A stretch of DNA of 58,024 nucleotides from the NCBI GenBank assembly GCA_010909165.1, contig MU008237.1, forward strand, positions 1 to 58,024. Direction: 5' to 3'. Origin of the DNA: Anthoceros angustus (taxonomy: Eukaryota; Plantae; Anthocerotophyta). The notes under the pieces are model-generated. The model was not told where the DNA came from. It was given only the letters and a program-made list of their open reading frames with translations, and ran no database searches. The position numbers were made by a program, and so were the translations under genes. Below are positions 11,068-21,685 of this stretch, one piece after another; position 1 is the stretch's first letter; each line of letters starts with the position of its first letter.

Positions 11068-12129
11068 GCGATTGTATCCCGCCCACACTTTAGGCCTCAA
11101 AACGAAAGAGAGGTGAGCTTGCTGAATCCGTTGTCGCTGCCTTTGAGGAGCAAGCGATATGTATCACAGTAAGCCTTGCTCAAGTATATCGTAATTTCCC
11201 ACGTCCACAAAGCTAAGCAAACGTATCCTACTGTTGCACATGAAAGTCAGCAGCTAGTTAAATAATAGACATCCGGTTGAAATAAAGCATCATATGTGTG
11301 GAACATGTCAGACGAATGTTAAAAAGAAGTTGATGCTTTGTTGGACATCTATGTTATGTGTTGCTCCTCCTTTCATCAGTAGCAAATGAGATTTGCGACT
11401 CTACGTTTGCCTTGGGCCGCAAGCCCACGGGGGGTGGCCTGATCACGGGAGTGTTCAAGTAGTCGGTGATGTACATGGACTCACCATCCTGAACTTGGGA
11501 AGAGCATCTGCGCTGCGCGCTGGAACAGTCCATTTCTGGAAGACATGGTGGTAGACTGTTTCTGGATCTTACGGCCCTTTCCCTTCCAAGACGTTGGAAC
11601 CATAGATGATAGGCGTGGCGCGCTTTTACCCAAGGCCGCTGGCATTTCACCCAGGAAAATGCTCAGCCTCTTTGTGTCTGGAATCCCAGAAACTGGCAGT
11701 TGTAGAAGTCAGCAGCTGCCATGGCTTCCTGCTTCGATTTACTTAGCCATGCAGGTCCATTGTGCCGGATCTGACTTTGCATCATCCCTAGATTCTAGCT
11801 TCTACAGCTTTACTCTTATATGGAATCCTGGATAACGATTTGGGTAATGCTCGGCACTGGTACTGGCCGTCTCAACACGAAGCGAATAACAGCAATGACA
11901 GCTATATCATCCGAAGTGCTGGTGCTCGTTCTGGATCACAGCCATGTTGGGCGAAGCAGTCATGTGCTCCCGCAGGTAGTGCACTAAGTGGTCGTGAAAC
12001 TCCGCTGAAATCCTGGTCCTCGAAATAAGAGACCACGCCCTCATGAGCAGGTCCACTAGAATGGCAATGTTGGCTGAGTTCCATGGGTCGTCAGCGCTGG
12101 CAGGTAGTACTAGAGTCTTTCAAAGTACT

Positions 12130-12230
12130 CAAATGCCCATATGGAAAGAAGGTCGCCATCCTCCATGGCCTAAGCACTAGAACCTCCACTCCGAAGCTGT
12201 AAACGTTGCTGTTAGGGGATCATGCGCCAC
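12130..12230 (-). pseudogene. Possible protein-kinase subdomain IX remnant
   Basis: The minus strand reads PNSNVYSFGVEVL, similar to (D/S)xVYSFGVxLLE. No other subdomain is convincing. Confidence 0.25.
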
Positions 12231-13055
12231 CGCTATGCAGCGGACACATTCGGGACAACGGCCCACCCACGGATCCACAATTATGCACACTGGTCATAGT
12301 TCAATTACAAACAGATGAGCTGCTGAGATGAAACTGCGATGCCAGGCTGTGAATTGGTCAAGATTTTTTCAAATGCAGCGTCCCCAACAGCTATTGCCAA
12401 TGCAGCCTGCGGCACTAAGCTCTGACATCACCGACTGAAGGACAGTTGTTCCCTAGCTGATGGCCAAGTTTTCCGGACGTAGTTTGCAGGGGCGGATATT
12501 CTGTTTGTGGGTGCCCCTGGCGATTTAAAAGGCTTTGGTGTTCTGGATCATCGCCTTTCCCGGGCACAGCAAAAACTCCTGATCCTCCATTGCAATTTTG
12601 GAGCACCCCAGTTTGTCTACACATGATTTTTGCAGACCTGCGAGAAACGTGTGGAGAAATTGGACCCACCAGTAGCTTGCTGGAAGAATGCGAGTGAGAA
12701 TACGCAGCTGTTCGTCATGTCCTCGCCGCTCGGTGATGACACACGCCTCCTCAAGGACTTCTTCGCGGTTGGGAACATGGAGTGGGAGGACCCGGTACTT
12801 TCTTCACATATGTATTCTCCGTATGGCTAAATACTCTGCGGTTGCTAGTCTACACAATGAAGATGGTAAAAGAGATTGACAGAACAAGCAGGATCCCATC
12901 CAGCCACAAGGTAAATCTATCACAACAAAGATGGTGGAAGAGATTGCCAGGACAAGCAAAGGATCCCATCCGACCATGCTGCAATGAAAACCTTGACAGG
13001 CCTGCAGGCAAGGCCTTCTGAGTGACAAAAACTGCCGATAAATGGTTGGAACAAT

Positions 13056-14318
13056 TCAAGGCCAGCTCATGCACAAGCAAAGCGATACTTGGATTACCGA
13101 AATGATCTTCCCATTCTTGGTGCTCCTGCTGCTGTGGGAATGTGCAAGAGGAAGAAATGCAGCTGCTCTTGTCCGAAGTCGCTCTGCGACCGGGTCGTCC
13201 GTGCAGCACAGACAACAGATGGTTCCCATTTCTCCCTGTCCCCGGGTTATATTCCCTTGCAGGGTGTGCCCCATCAGGGCCTGCAGTTTGCTATGCCCCA
13301 TCATGTGAAAGCGAACATGGGATCGGGCATGGAATCCACCTCCGTCCAAGCCATGCGCGCCAAGTCCATTTCCCATATCTGAAGACACTGCCTGACACCA
13401 AAACAGCTTTTCCATGCGCACCGACGACGGCGCAAAGCAGCCGGTCCCGCACGTTCATGAGGTTGGAGTAGTGAACTTCTTCGAGGCGTCTCACATCAGG
13501 CTTGGCCACGACCAACAAGCTCCAGATGGCCGCTTCAGATCGTAGGCCAACAAATTGCCGTTCTCGGTAAAGCAGTAGAGCACGGTGCCGACAAAGACTC
13601 CCTGCCCGGCCACCAATTGGGGAAGCCTCCAAAAGGATGGGCTCGCGATGGTTTGTCACACTCCAGCTCCCAAGCGCGGAGTCGAACACAGTGTCCGGAC
13701 GGGACTTCCGTGCCAATCGTTCAACACCACCAGCTTGAAGCACTTGGCCACGGGGTCCACAAACAGGCCCCACACATCCCGGATCCCTAGCTTACCATCC
13801 GGGAACTCTGGCAGCGAGGCCCAGGAGCTGGAAACCGGGTTGCCGATGTGGGACGACCAAAGGCTCCTCCCCATCCACTTTACTTCCAGCTTAGCCAGCA
13901 GCACGCCGCCGCCCGCCAACGCCAGAAAGCGCTCCACAGTCACAGTCCCTCTGTTCAACAACTCCCGCTCCGAGAGCGAGACTCGGTGCGGGAACGCGTC
14001 CAGTGAGGCCTGGTCCGGTAGGGTTTGCAGCCATGGCGGGAGTTGGAGCTTGTACCAGCGGTCCCTGGCTAGGTCGTAGGTGCAGTAGGCCAGAGCCTCG
14101 CTACATTTGCAGACGCCTGCCACAAACAGCATCGAATCCCGCGCCCCTGCTCCCGATTCCAGCCTCTCCTGCAACAAGCACGAGGACTCCACGGCCGCGT
14201 TCCACGCTCTGCACACCGCGCGCCAGCGCACCAGGCTTACCAGCGGCAGCTGAGCTTGGATCTTGAGTATCACTTCATCCGGCAGCCCGCTCAAGGGAAC
14301 CTCCTCCTCCTCCTCCAT
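13056..14318 (-). CDS. F-box protein with kelch-like or beta-propeller-like C-terminal region, copy 1 (frameshifted; 3' end diverges from the paralogs)
   Basis: MEEEEEVPLSGLPDEVILKIQAQLPLVSLVRWRAVCRAWN is an F-box. It is followed by YDLARDRWYKL, LAGGGVLL, FDSALGSWS and LMNVRDRLLCAV. The gene continues in ORFs 13291-13773 and 13056-13421. Confidence 0.85.
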
Positions 14319-15503
14319 GTCGGACCTTGAGCACGTGAGCGTATTGTATGCATGCATGCAGCCTGCACCCGTCTGAGTGGTGCGTGCACGAATGATCCCT
14401 CAGCAATCCTGCCGAAGGCAATCCAGATGCAGGTTAGGGTCGACAACACAAGGCCCCGTAAGTTCCCGAGCAGCATATCCGAAGTGTCAGAAAAGTTGGA
14501 ACAGCTCCTGGACCACTCGATGTGGTGTGGCGACAGATAACGATGTGGTAGGGTCAAGGCAACCTCGCATGAGAAAAGATGTGGCGAACCCCAACACATG
14601 AAAGGCAACCTCGTGAATCATGTGGGCATGCATGCACGGTGCAGCAACCTGAAGACCCTTCAATGCTGTCGCCTTTGTTCATCATGGCGGTGCCTGGACA
14701 TGTCCGGTCGACATTGAATACAAAGAGGTGGGAAATGCTTGCTTGTGATCCAGATCCATGCAGGAAAATCCTTACATAGGACCATGATTCGATCGTTCTC
14801 ACTTCTCACCCCACACCCTCCACCCTACTTGTTGAACACTCGTGATATCTGTCTTCTTTTACAGGACAAGGGAGTGGAGAAAAGCTGCAAAAGGAAGAGC
14901 AATTAAGTGTAAAAATTAATAATTTAACGATAGGTACAGAAAGCAACCCAATAGAAAAGAAAAATGCAACCTCACCAGCCCTGGTTTGACATCCGTCAGT
15001 CGTTTGCTGGTTTTAAGAAGGACGGTGAACGTTCTCCGCAAAGTGAGGGGTGCATTGGACATATCCGTTGGTGCGGTCGTGCACGGCTTGGCTATCCTGA
15101 CGTTTGTGGTATCTTTGGAGCACACTTTCTTGAGTCGGAGCTGCAGATTGCAATAACGCCTTCATAATTGAGAGGGCCCGGGGCTGCGTGTGCTGTTTTA
15201 GTCGTCACGAATACACATTCTTTAGTTGAGTGAATCGCTCGCGCTCCTGCTACCCGCTACCAGCTGTGGTCTCACCGATCGATTCGAGGCAGCGTATACA
15301 GCTGTCAGGATAAGTGGCCTGCAGCAACTCTAGGGCTCCATCCCGGGCCCCGATCCGGAGGTCCTGCCATCGGTATTTAAAGAGCTGCAGCCTGCTTCAA
15401 ACCTGCGCAAGCACGTTCGCTGCTTCAGCTCGCGTTTGCTTCCAGATACATCGATCTACACTTACGTCTGTTCGTGTCCATCTTGATCCAGTACCCGTTC
15501 GAC

Positions 15504-16352
15504 ATGGTGACTGCAGCGCCTCACACATCGGTCGCCTCGGGGACGGCTGGGACGGCGATCGCCGTGCTGTTGATGATACTATGCGCTGCGCATGCGCATG
15601 CGGATGCGGAGCTCACGATCCGCACCGTGGCTGCTGGCGCGGCTGCACGTAGGAGTGCAGGCTACGTACACACTCGTCATCTGCTCCAGAGCAGTGGACC
15701 CACCAGCTGCGGCGTCACCGCGACCGAGGTGGGAGCCGCCTTCGACGCCTTCCGCTCGGGAGACTGCGCCAACTCTGTTGTAGTGGACTGCTGCACCTTC
15801 TTCGTGGAAGACCTGGAGTACCTGGACCCGGGCCAGGCCACCGGGGATTACGAGCAGAGCGCGCTGCCCAACTTCAACGAGACCTGCCGCACGGCCGTGC
15901 GGAGCGTGGGGCAGGACGGGGTGTGCGCGCTGGTGAGGGACGATCCTGCCACCTTCGGTGTGCTGCAGCCGCTGCTGGACAGGTGCGAGAATCTGAGGGA
16001 GCCGTGCGTCCAGACGGCGCCGCCGCCGCCCTGCGACACCAGCGTGGCTACCGTGAACACCGCCGTGGCAGCGGCCTACGCCTCCTTGCAATCGTGCGGC
16101 ACCGACGCTTTCACCAGGCAGTGCACCGACCAGGGAACTGCCAATCCTTACGAGTGCCCGCAGTCGGGTATGTGCGACGACGGCGCAGTGCAGCTTCGCT
16201 CCCAGCCAAAAGCCGCGGAGCTCGCTTGCTGCAACATCGCGCGCAACGGGCTCCTCGCTGCCGTGCCTTGCTTGGACGTGTGTGGGATCTATCGCATCAG
16301 TGCCCAGGCCAATAACTTCCTCACAGTCTGTAGCGACGTTAGTAGGTGCTAG
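15504..16352 (+). CDS. Secreted Cys-rich protein, copy 2 (open, about 282 aa)
   Basis: Hydrophobic N-terminus (AIAVLLMILCAAHAHA), RHLLQ pro-peptide motif, then 19 Cys with two CC doublets and a PPPP hinge. TATA-like tatttaaa near 15375. Highly similar to copy 1. Confidence 0.8.
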   Translation: MVTAAPHTSVASGTAGTAIAVLLMILCAAHAHADAELTIRTVAAGAAARRSAGYVHTRHLLQSSGPTSCGVTATEVGAAFDAFRSGDCANSVVVDCCTFFVEDLEYLDPGQATGDYEQSALPNFNETCRTAVRSVGQDGVCALVRDDPATFGVLQPLLDRCENLREPCVQTAPPPPCDTSVATVNTAVAAAYASLQSCGTDAFTRQCTDQGTANPYECPQSGMCDDGAVQLRSQPKAAELACCNIARNGLLAAVPCLDVCGIYRISAQANNFLTVCSDVSRC

Positions 16353-16611
16353 GCGATTGTATCGCGGCCACGCTGCAACCAGCCGCCTCTAGGCCTCAAA
16401 ACGGAGGAGAGGTGAGCTTGGTGAATCCGTTGTCGCTGCCTTTGAGGAGCAAGCGATCACATTAAGCCTTGCTCAAGGCTCAAGTATATCGTAATTTCCT
16501 ACGTCCACAAAGCTAAGCAAACGTATCCTGCTGTTGCACATAAAAGGCAACAGCTAGTTAAATAATAGACATCGGGGTTAAATAAAGTGCCATATATATA
16601 GAGTATTTCAG

Positions 16612-16658
<47 letters not shown>

Positions 16659-16665
16659 TATTATA
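16612..16665. repeat. (TTA)n microsatellite
   Basis: Long ATT run with one imperfection. Confidence 0.95.
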
Positions 16666-17469
16666 TTGAGTTCTTCTCTCTCGGACTTCTTACCCTCTAT
16701 ACGGAACAAACATGGTATTTGAGCTTATGCTCCACACCTGATATGTGAGCGATCATAATATACCGTGAGGAAGGCCGTGAGGAAGGCCTAGCTCCCAACG
16801 GCCGTGGAAAACGTGCGCCTCTAATAGATCATGATATTGTAGCTATCAGTGGAGGACGGTGCATTCTCAAAAAGGGTCAAGATGACATGCTCATGATAAA
16901 GGGACTCCCAAAGCATAAGCCTAATAAATATATGGAGAGTCTATGCCTACTTCGATAGGGACACTCAGCACTTATTTAGATTGGTGCGTTGGGTCGGGTT
17001 CCCAAAAGTTGGTATATGTTGCAAGCGCACAATGTTCGCGATCTCCTGCAAACTGCGTTCGTAAGCATGCCCGCGGCGAAGAGGTCAGTTTTAGTCCAAA
17101 GTGCACATAATGCACTAATTTAAAGCAGAAGCATAGTACAAGTTTGATGAAGCTTCTCACCTTACTACACAATCATCTTGCACTCTTCTTCTGTTCTCAC
17201 ACGTACATAGCAGGTTTTACATCTTGCTACCCATAATCCGGGAGTGGCAGTTTGCAGCAAGCAGCGAGGAGCAACTCCAGCTCCATGATTTTATTCATGC
17301 ACTACTACGGAGGGGGGTCGGGTTTTACAAAACCCCATCTGTAAATGTCCCAATCTTTACAACGTCTAAAAACCTCCATTGTAAATTGGTTTAAGTTTCG
17401 CTGATGTGGGAAATTTTAAAACTCGGTTCACAACGGGGGTTTCTAGTTGGATGATGTGGCACTCTGTTG

Positions 17470-17960
17470 GGTGCTCATTTACAATAATGGATTTACGACG
17501 TGGCTCTAGATTACGTTAAAAAGCCTTTTTCTCAAAATTCGAACTTTATTTCACTAAAAATCTTTATTAATATCATTAATACAAAAATATGATTGGAAGC
17601 CATTTACAACAGCATGTGATGACGTGGCTCCTTTGTTATGGAATTACTTTGTAAAACTTTTTTTCTCAAAATTTATTCTTTATTTCTTCAAAACTCTTTA
17701 TTATTGTTATTAATCACAAAAATTATGATAGGAAGCCATTTACAACAGCAATTGATGATGTGGCTTCCTTGTTGTAGATCATTTTGTAAAATATTTTTTC
17801 TCAAAATGTGTTCTATATTTTGTTGAAATTATTTTTTATTATTAATAAAAATATGATTGGAGGCAATTTACAACAGCAATTGATGACGTGGCTCCCTTGT
17901 TGTAGATTATCTTGTAATTGTTTTCTCAAAATGTGTTTTTATTTTTCTTAACTCTTAAGA
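17470..17960. repeat. AT-rich tandem array of about four 135-bp units, probably a DNA-transposon or MITE remnant
   Basis: Repeated atttacaacagcaattgatgacgtggctcc...ttttctcaaaat at about 17475, 17600, 17738 and 17866. Absent from duplication unit 1. Confidence 0.65.
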
Positions 17961-18345
17961 TATTATTGCCTCTAGATCTAGAGACGCGAAGTAGCGTACA
18001 CATTTGGGACAACGGCCCACCGACGGATCCGCAATCATGCACACTGTTCATTGTTCAATTTGAAAGAGATGAGCTGCTGAGATGAAATTGCAATGCCAGG
18101 CTGTGACCTGGTCAAGATTTTGTCAAATGCAGCATCCCTAACAATTATTGCCAATGCAGCATGCGGCACTAAGCTCTAACATCATTGACTGAAGAACAGT
18201 TGTTCCCTAACTGATGGCCAAGTTTTCCGAACGTAGTTTGCAGGGGCGGATATTCTGTTGTGGGTGCCTTGGGGGAATTAAAAGGATTTGGTGTTCTGGA
18301 TCATTGCCTTTCGTGGGCACAACACAAACTCCTTATCTTCAATTT

Positions 18346-18711
18346 TGTTAGAAATGATTTATTACAACATATCAAAATATGTTATGAATAGTGCCCTAAA
18401 AATAGGTTATGAATAGTGCCCTACAAATAACAAACTTGTATACTTTTTAGAAAGTCATATATCTTGTAGAAAGTATTTTCAAGAAAGCCCAAGAGTAAAG
18501 AGCAAGTCAAGTGACCAGTAGCATTCAAAGTCAAGTGACTAATAAGATTTAAGAATGAGGATTATACAAGGCTAAGCCCACCTACATGTGAGATATGGTG
18601 TGTGCAAGAGTATTTGTGTGCTAAGTACCTAATGTACCTAGTACATATAACTAAATTGTATGGGAGTGTTGTGTTCCCTCTTTATTCAAAGGCTCATCTC
18701 TTTTCCAAACA
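18346..18711 (+). mobile_element. Solo LTR of the copia family found at 23.3-28.6 kb
   Basis: TGTTAGAA...CCAAACA with a perfect 5-bp TSD AATTT at 18341-18345 and 18712-18716. Homologous to the LTR at 23299-23686. The empty site is present in unit 1 at about 12595. Confidence 0.92.
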
Positions 18712-19214
18712 AATTTTAATTTGGAGCACCCCAGTTTGTCTACACATAATTTTTGCGAGCCTGCGAGTCGGGTGTGGAGAAATTGAACCCACCAGTAGCT
18801 GGCTGGAAGAACACGAGTGAGAATACGCAGCTGATTGACATGTCCTCGCCTCTCCGTATGGCTGAATACCCAATGAATGTGGTGGAAAAGAACAAGCAGA
18901 GGATCCCATCCGGCCACAAGGTAAATCTGTCACAACGAAGATGGTGGAAGAGATTGTCAAGACAAGCAGAGGATCCCATCCGACCATGCTGCAATAAGAA
19001 CCTTGACAGGCCTGACAAAAAGTGCTTATACCTCGTTGGAACGATTCAAGGCCAGCTCATGCACAAGTAAAGCGTTACTTAGATTACCGAAATGATGATC
19101 TTATTCTTGTGCTGCTGCTGCTGTGGGAATGTGCAAGAGGAAGAAATGCAGCTGCTCTTGTCCGAAGTCTCTCTTGTCCAGAATCTGTCCATAGAAGAGC
19201 TATACCTATCTACA

Positions 19215-20711
19215 TCTAATGTTGCTATAAGTCTTGCACCGATGCTGCTCCTTCCACCCAGCTACCGAATTGCAAAAAAGGATGAAGGCAGTGATAGCTC
19301 TTTCTCACAAAATCCTTGTAGGGCAAGGAGGGAGCCATCTCCAAGCTCAGGCGTGTGTCGCAAATCGAGAGCCGCGATTTTATTCAGCTTCTCATGCATG
19401 ACGTATACTTCGTCCTGCCCGGCCATGCCTTGCAGGTCCTGCCCGGCCACGCCTGGCATGTCCTGCCCGTCCATGCCTGGCAGGTGGTGCCGCATAATGC
19501 CTTGCAGAATGTGCCCGGCCATGCCTTGCAGAATGTGCCCAGCCATGACTTGCAGGTTCTGCACCATCATGGCTTGCGGGTAGTGACCGGGCATATTCCC
19601 TTGCAGGATGTGCCCCATCAGGGCCTGCAGTTCGCTGTGCCCCATCATGTGAAAGTGAACGCGAAAGCGAGCGAACATGGGATCGGGCATGGAATCCACC
19701 TCCGTCCAAGCCATGCGTGCGAAGTCCATTTCCCATATCTGAAGACACTGCCTGACACCAAAAGACCTTTTCCATGCACACCGACGACGGCGCAAAGCAG
19801 CCGGTCCCGCACGTTCATGAGGTTGGAGTAGTGAACTTCTTCGAGGCGTCTCATCAGGCTTGGCCACGACCAACAAGCTCCAGATGGCCGCTTCCAGATC
19901 GTAAAATGACCAACGGTGCCGTTCTCGGTAAAGCAGTAGAGCACGGTGCCGACAAAGACTCCCTGCCCGGCCACCAATTGGGGAAGCCTCAAAAGGATGG
20001 GCTCGCGATGGTTTGTCACACTCCAGCTCCCAAGCGCGGAGTCGAACACAATTGTCCGGACGGGACTTCCGTGCCAATCGTTCAACACCACCAGCTTGAA
20101 GCACTTGGCCACGGGGTCCACAAACAGGCCCCGCACATCCCGGATCCCTAACACCATCCGGGAACTCTGGCAGCGAGGCCCAGGAGCTGGAAACCGGGTT
20201 GCCGATGTGTGGGACGACCAAAGGCTCCTCCCCCATCCACTTTACTTCCAGCTTAGCCAGCAGCACGCCGCCGCCCGCCAACGCCAGAAAGCGCTCCACA
20301 GTCACAGTCCCTCTGTTCAACAACTCCCGCTCCGAGAGCGAGACTCAGTGCGGAACGCGTCCAGTGAGGCCTGGTCCGGTAGGGTTTGCAGCCATGGCGG
20401 GAGTTGGAGCTTGTACCAGCGGTCCTTGGCTAGGTCGTAGGCGCAGTAGGCCAGAGCCTCCTTGGATTTGCAGACGCCTGCCACAAACAGCATCGAATCC
20501 CGCGCCCTGCTCCCAATTCCAGCCGCTCCTGCAACAAGCACGAGGACTCCACGGCCGCGTTCCACGCTCTGCATACCGCGCGAGCGCACCAGGCTTTCGG
20601 CGGCAGCTGAGCTTGGATCTTGAGTATCACGTCATCCGGCAGCCCGCTCAAGGGAACCTCCTCCTCCTCGACCTCCGACCCTCCACTCGCAGTGCTGTTG
20701 CCGGAACCCAT
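19215..20711 (-). CDS. F-box protein, copy 2, with an expanded octapeptide repeat (frameshifted)
   Basis: SEVEEEEVPLSGLPDDVILKIQAQLP. ORFs 20430-20726, 20317-20589, 19645-20157 and 19262-20323 assemble into a paralog of copies 1 and 3. A TATA-like element lies on the minus strand at about 20758-20767. Confidence 0.85.
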
Positions 20712-21685
20712 GACAAGCAGGTCCAAGTTTCACAAAGGGCGTAGGCCGTGGCTGGAACTTAAATAGGAAGACTAGTTCAAATTTGTATACATAGCCAAAA
20801 CTGAAACTGGGGCATTGTGTTTTCCTTCTCTTCAGTGATGATGTCTTGACAAGTAACGTTGCTGCTATCAACACTAGATGTTGGCGGAAAGAGTAGGATG
20901 GCCTTTGCTTCCAGATCAAGATTTGTCAAGATACACATCTCACCACAAATTCGACATGTAGATATGTAGGTACCGCGAACAAAAGTATTCCATCTTCCAC
21001 CTCACAGCACCATCAACAGTCCCGCCTTCCCCGGATCATAAAGCTAAAGACCTCGTCCCCAGCAGTTGAATCTTTGCTGCAATTCCTAGACACGTTTTGA
21101 AGATGAGCATGCCCATTCATAGAAAAACGGCAGTTGTGACACCTTCAATGCAGTTGCTACCGACCCATCTCCGAACTTACATGGGATTCAACTGTGACTA
21201 CACACGCCAAGTTGACTACACGCCTACATCTGTGACTACACGCCTCCTCAAGGACTTCTTCACGGTTGGGAACATGGAGTGGGAGGACCCAGTGATTTCT
21301 TCACATATGTATTCTCCGTATGGCTGAATACTCTGCGGTTGCTGGTGGAAGAGATTGATAGAACAAGCAGAGGATCCCATCCGGCCACTGGGTAAACCTG
21401 TCACAACGAAGATGGTGGAAGAGATTGCGCAGAGGATCCCATCCGACAATGCTGCAATAAAAACCTTGACATGGGTTCTGAGTGACAAAAAGTGCTGATA
21501 TCTCGTTGGAGCAATTCAAGGCCAGCTCATGCACAAGTAAAGCTTTACTTAGGTGACAGAAATGATCTTCCCATTCTTGTGCTGTTGCTTCTGTGGGAAT
21601 GTGGAAGAGGGAAAAATAAAGCTACTCTTGTCCGAATTGTGGCTCTTGTCCAGAATTTGTCCATAGAAGCGTTATACCTATCTAT

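Larger units (their letters stand above)
9465..20720. repeat. Tandem segmental duplication: unit 1 about 9465-14325, unit 2 about 14325-20720; a partial third unit lies at about 21235-23200
   Basis: Colinear matches: 9612-9780 with 14400-14600; 9800-11300 with 15050-16590; 12245-12600 with 18005-18340; 12600-14310 with 18715-20670; and the F-box region again at 21240-22930. Confidence 0.9.

Noticed and set aside
10102-11100. 332-aa minus-strand ORF, and 15579-16091 likewise
   Set aside because: Antisense shadow of a GC-rich gene. The plus strand has the signal peptide, conserved Cys pattern and TATA-like element.
11350-12600. Intact receptor-like kinase gene between the Cys-rich and F-box genes
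   Set aside because: Only one subdomain-IX-like patch and a doubtful Gly-rich patch are present, with no HRD/DFG-equivalent motifs or open frame. Kept only as a low-confidence remnant.
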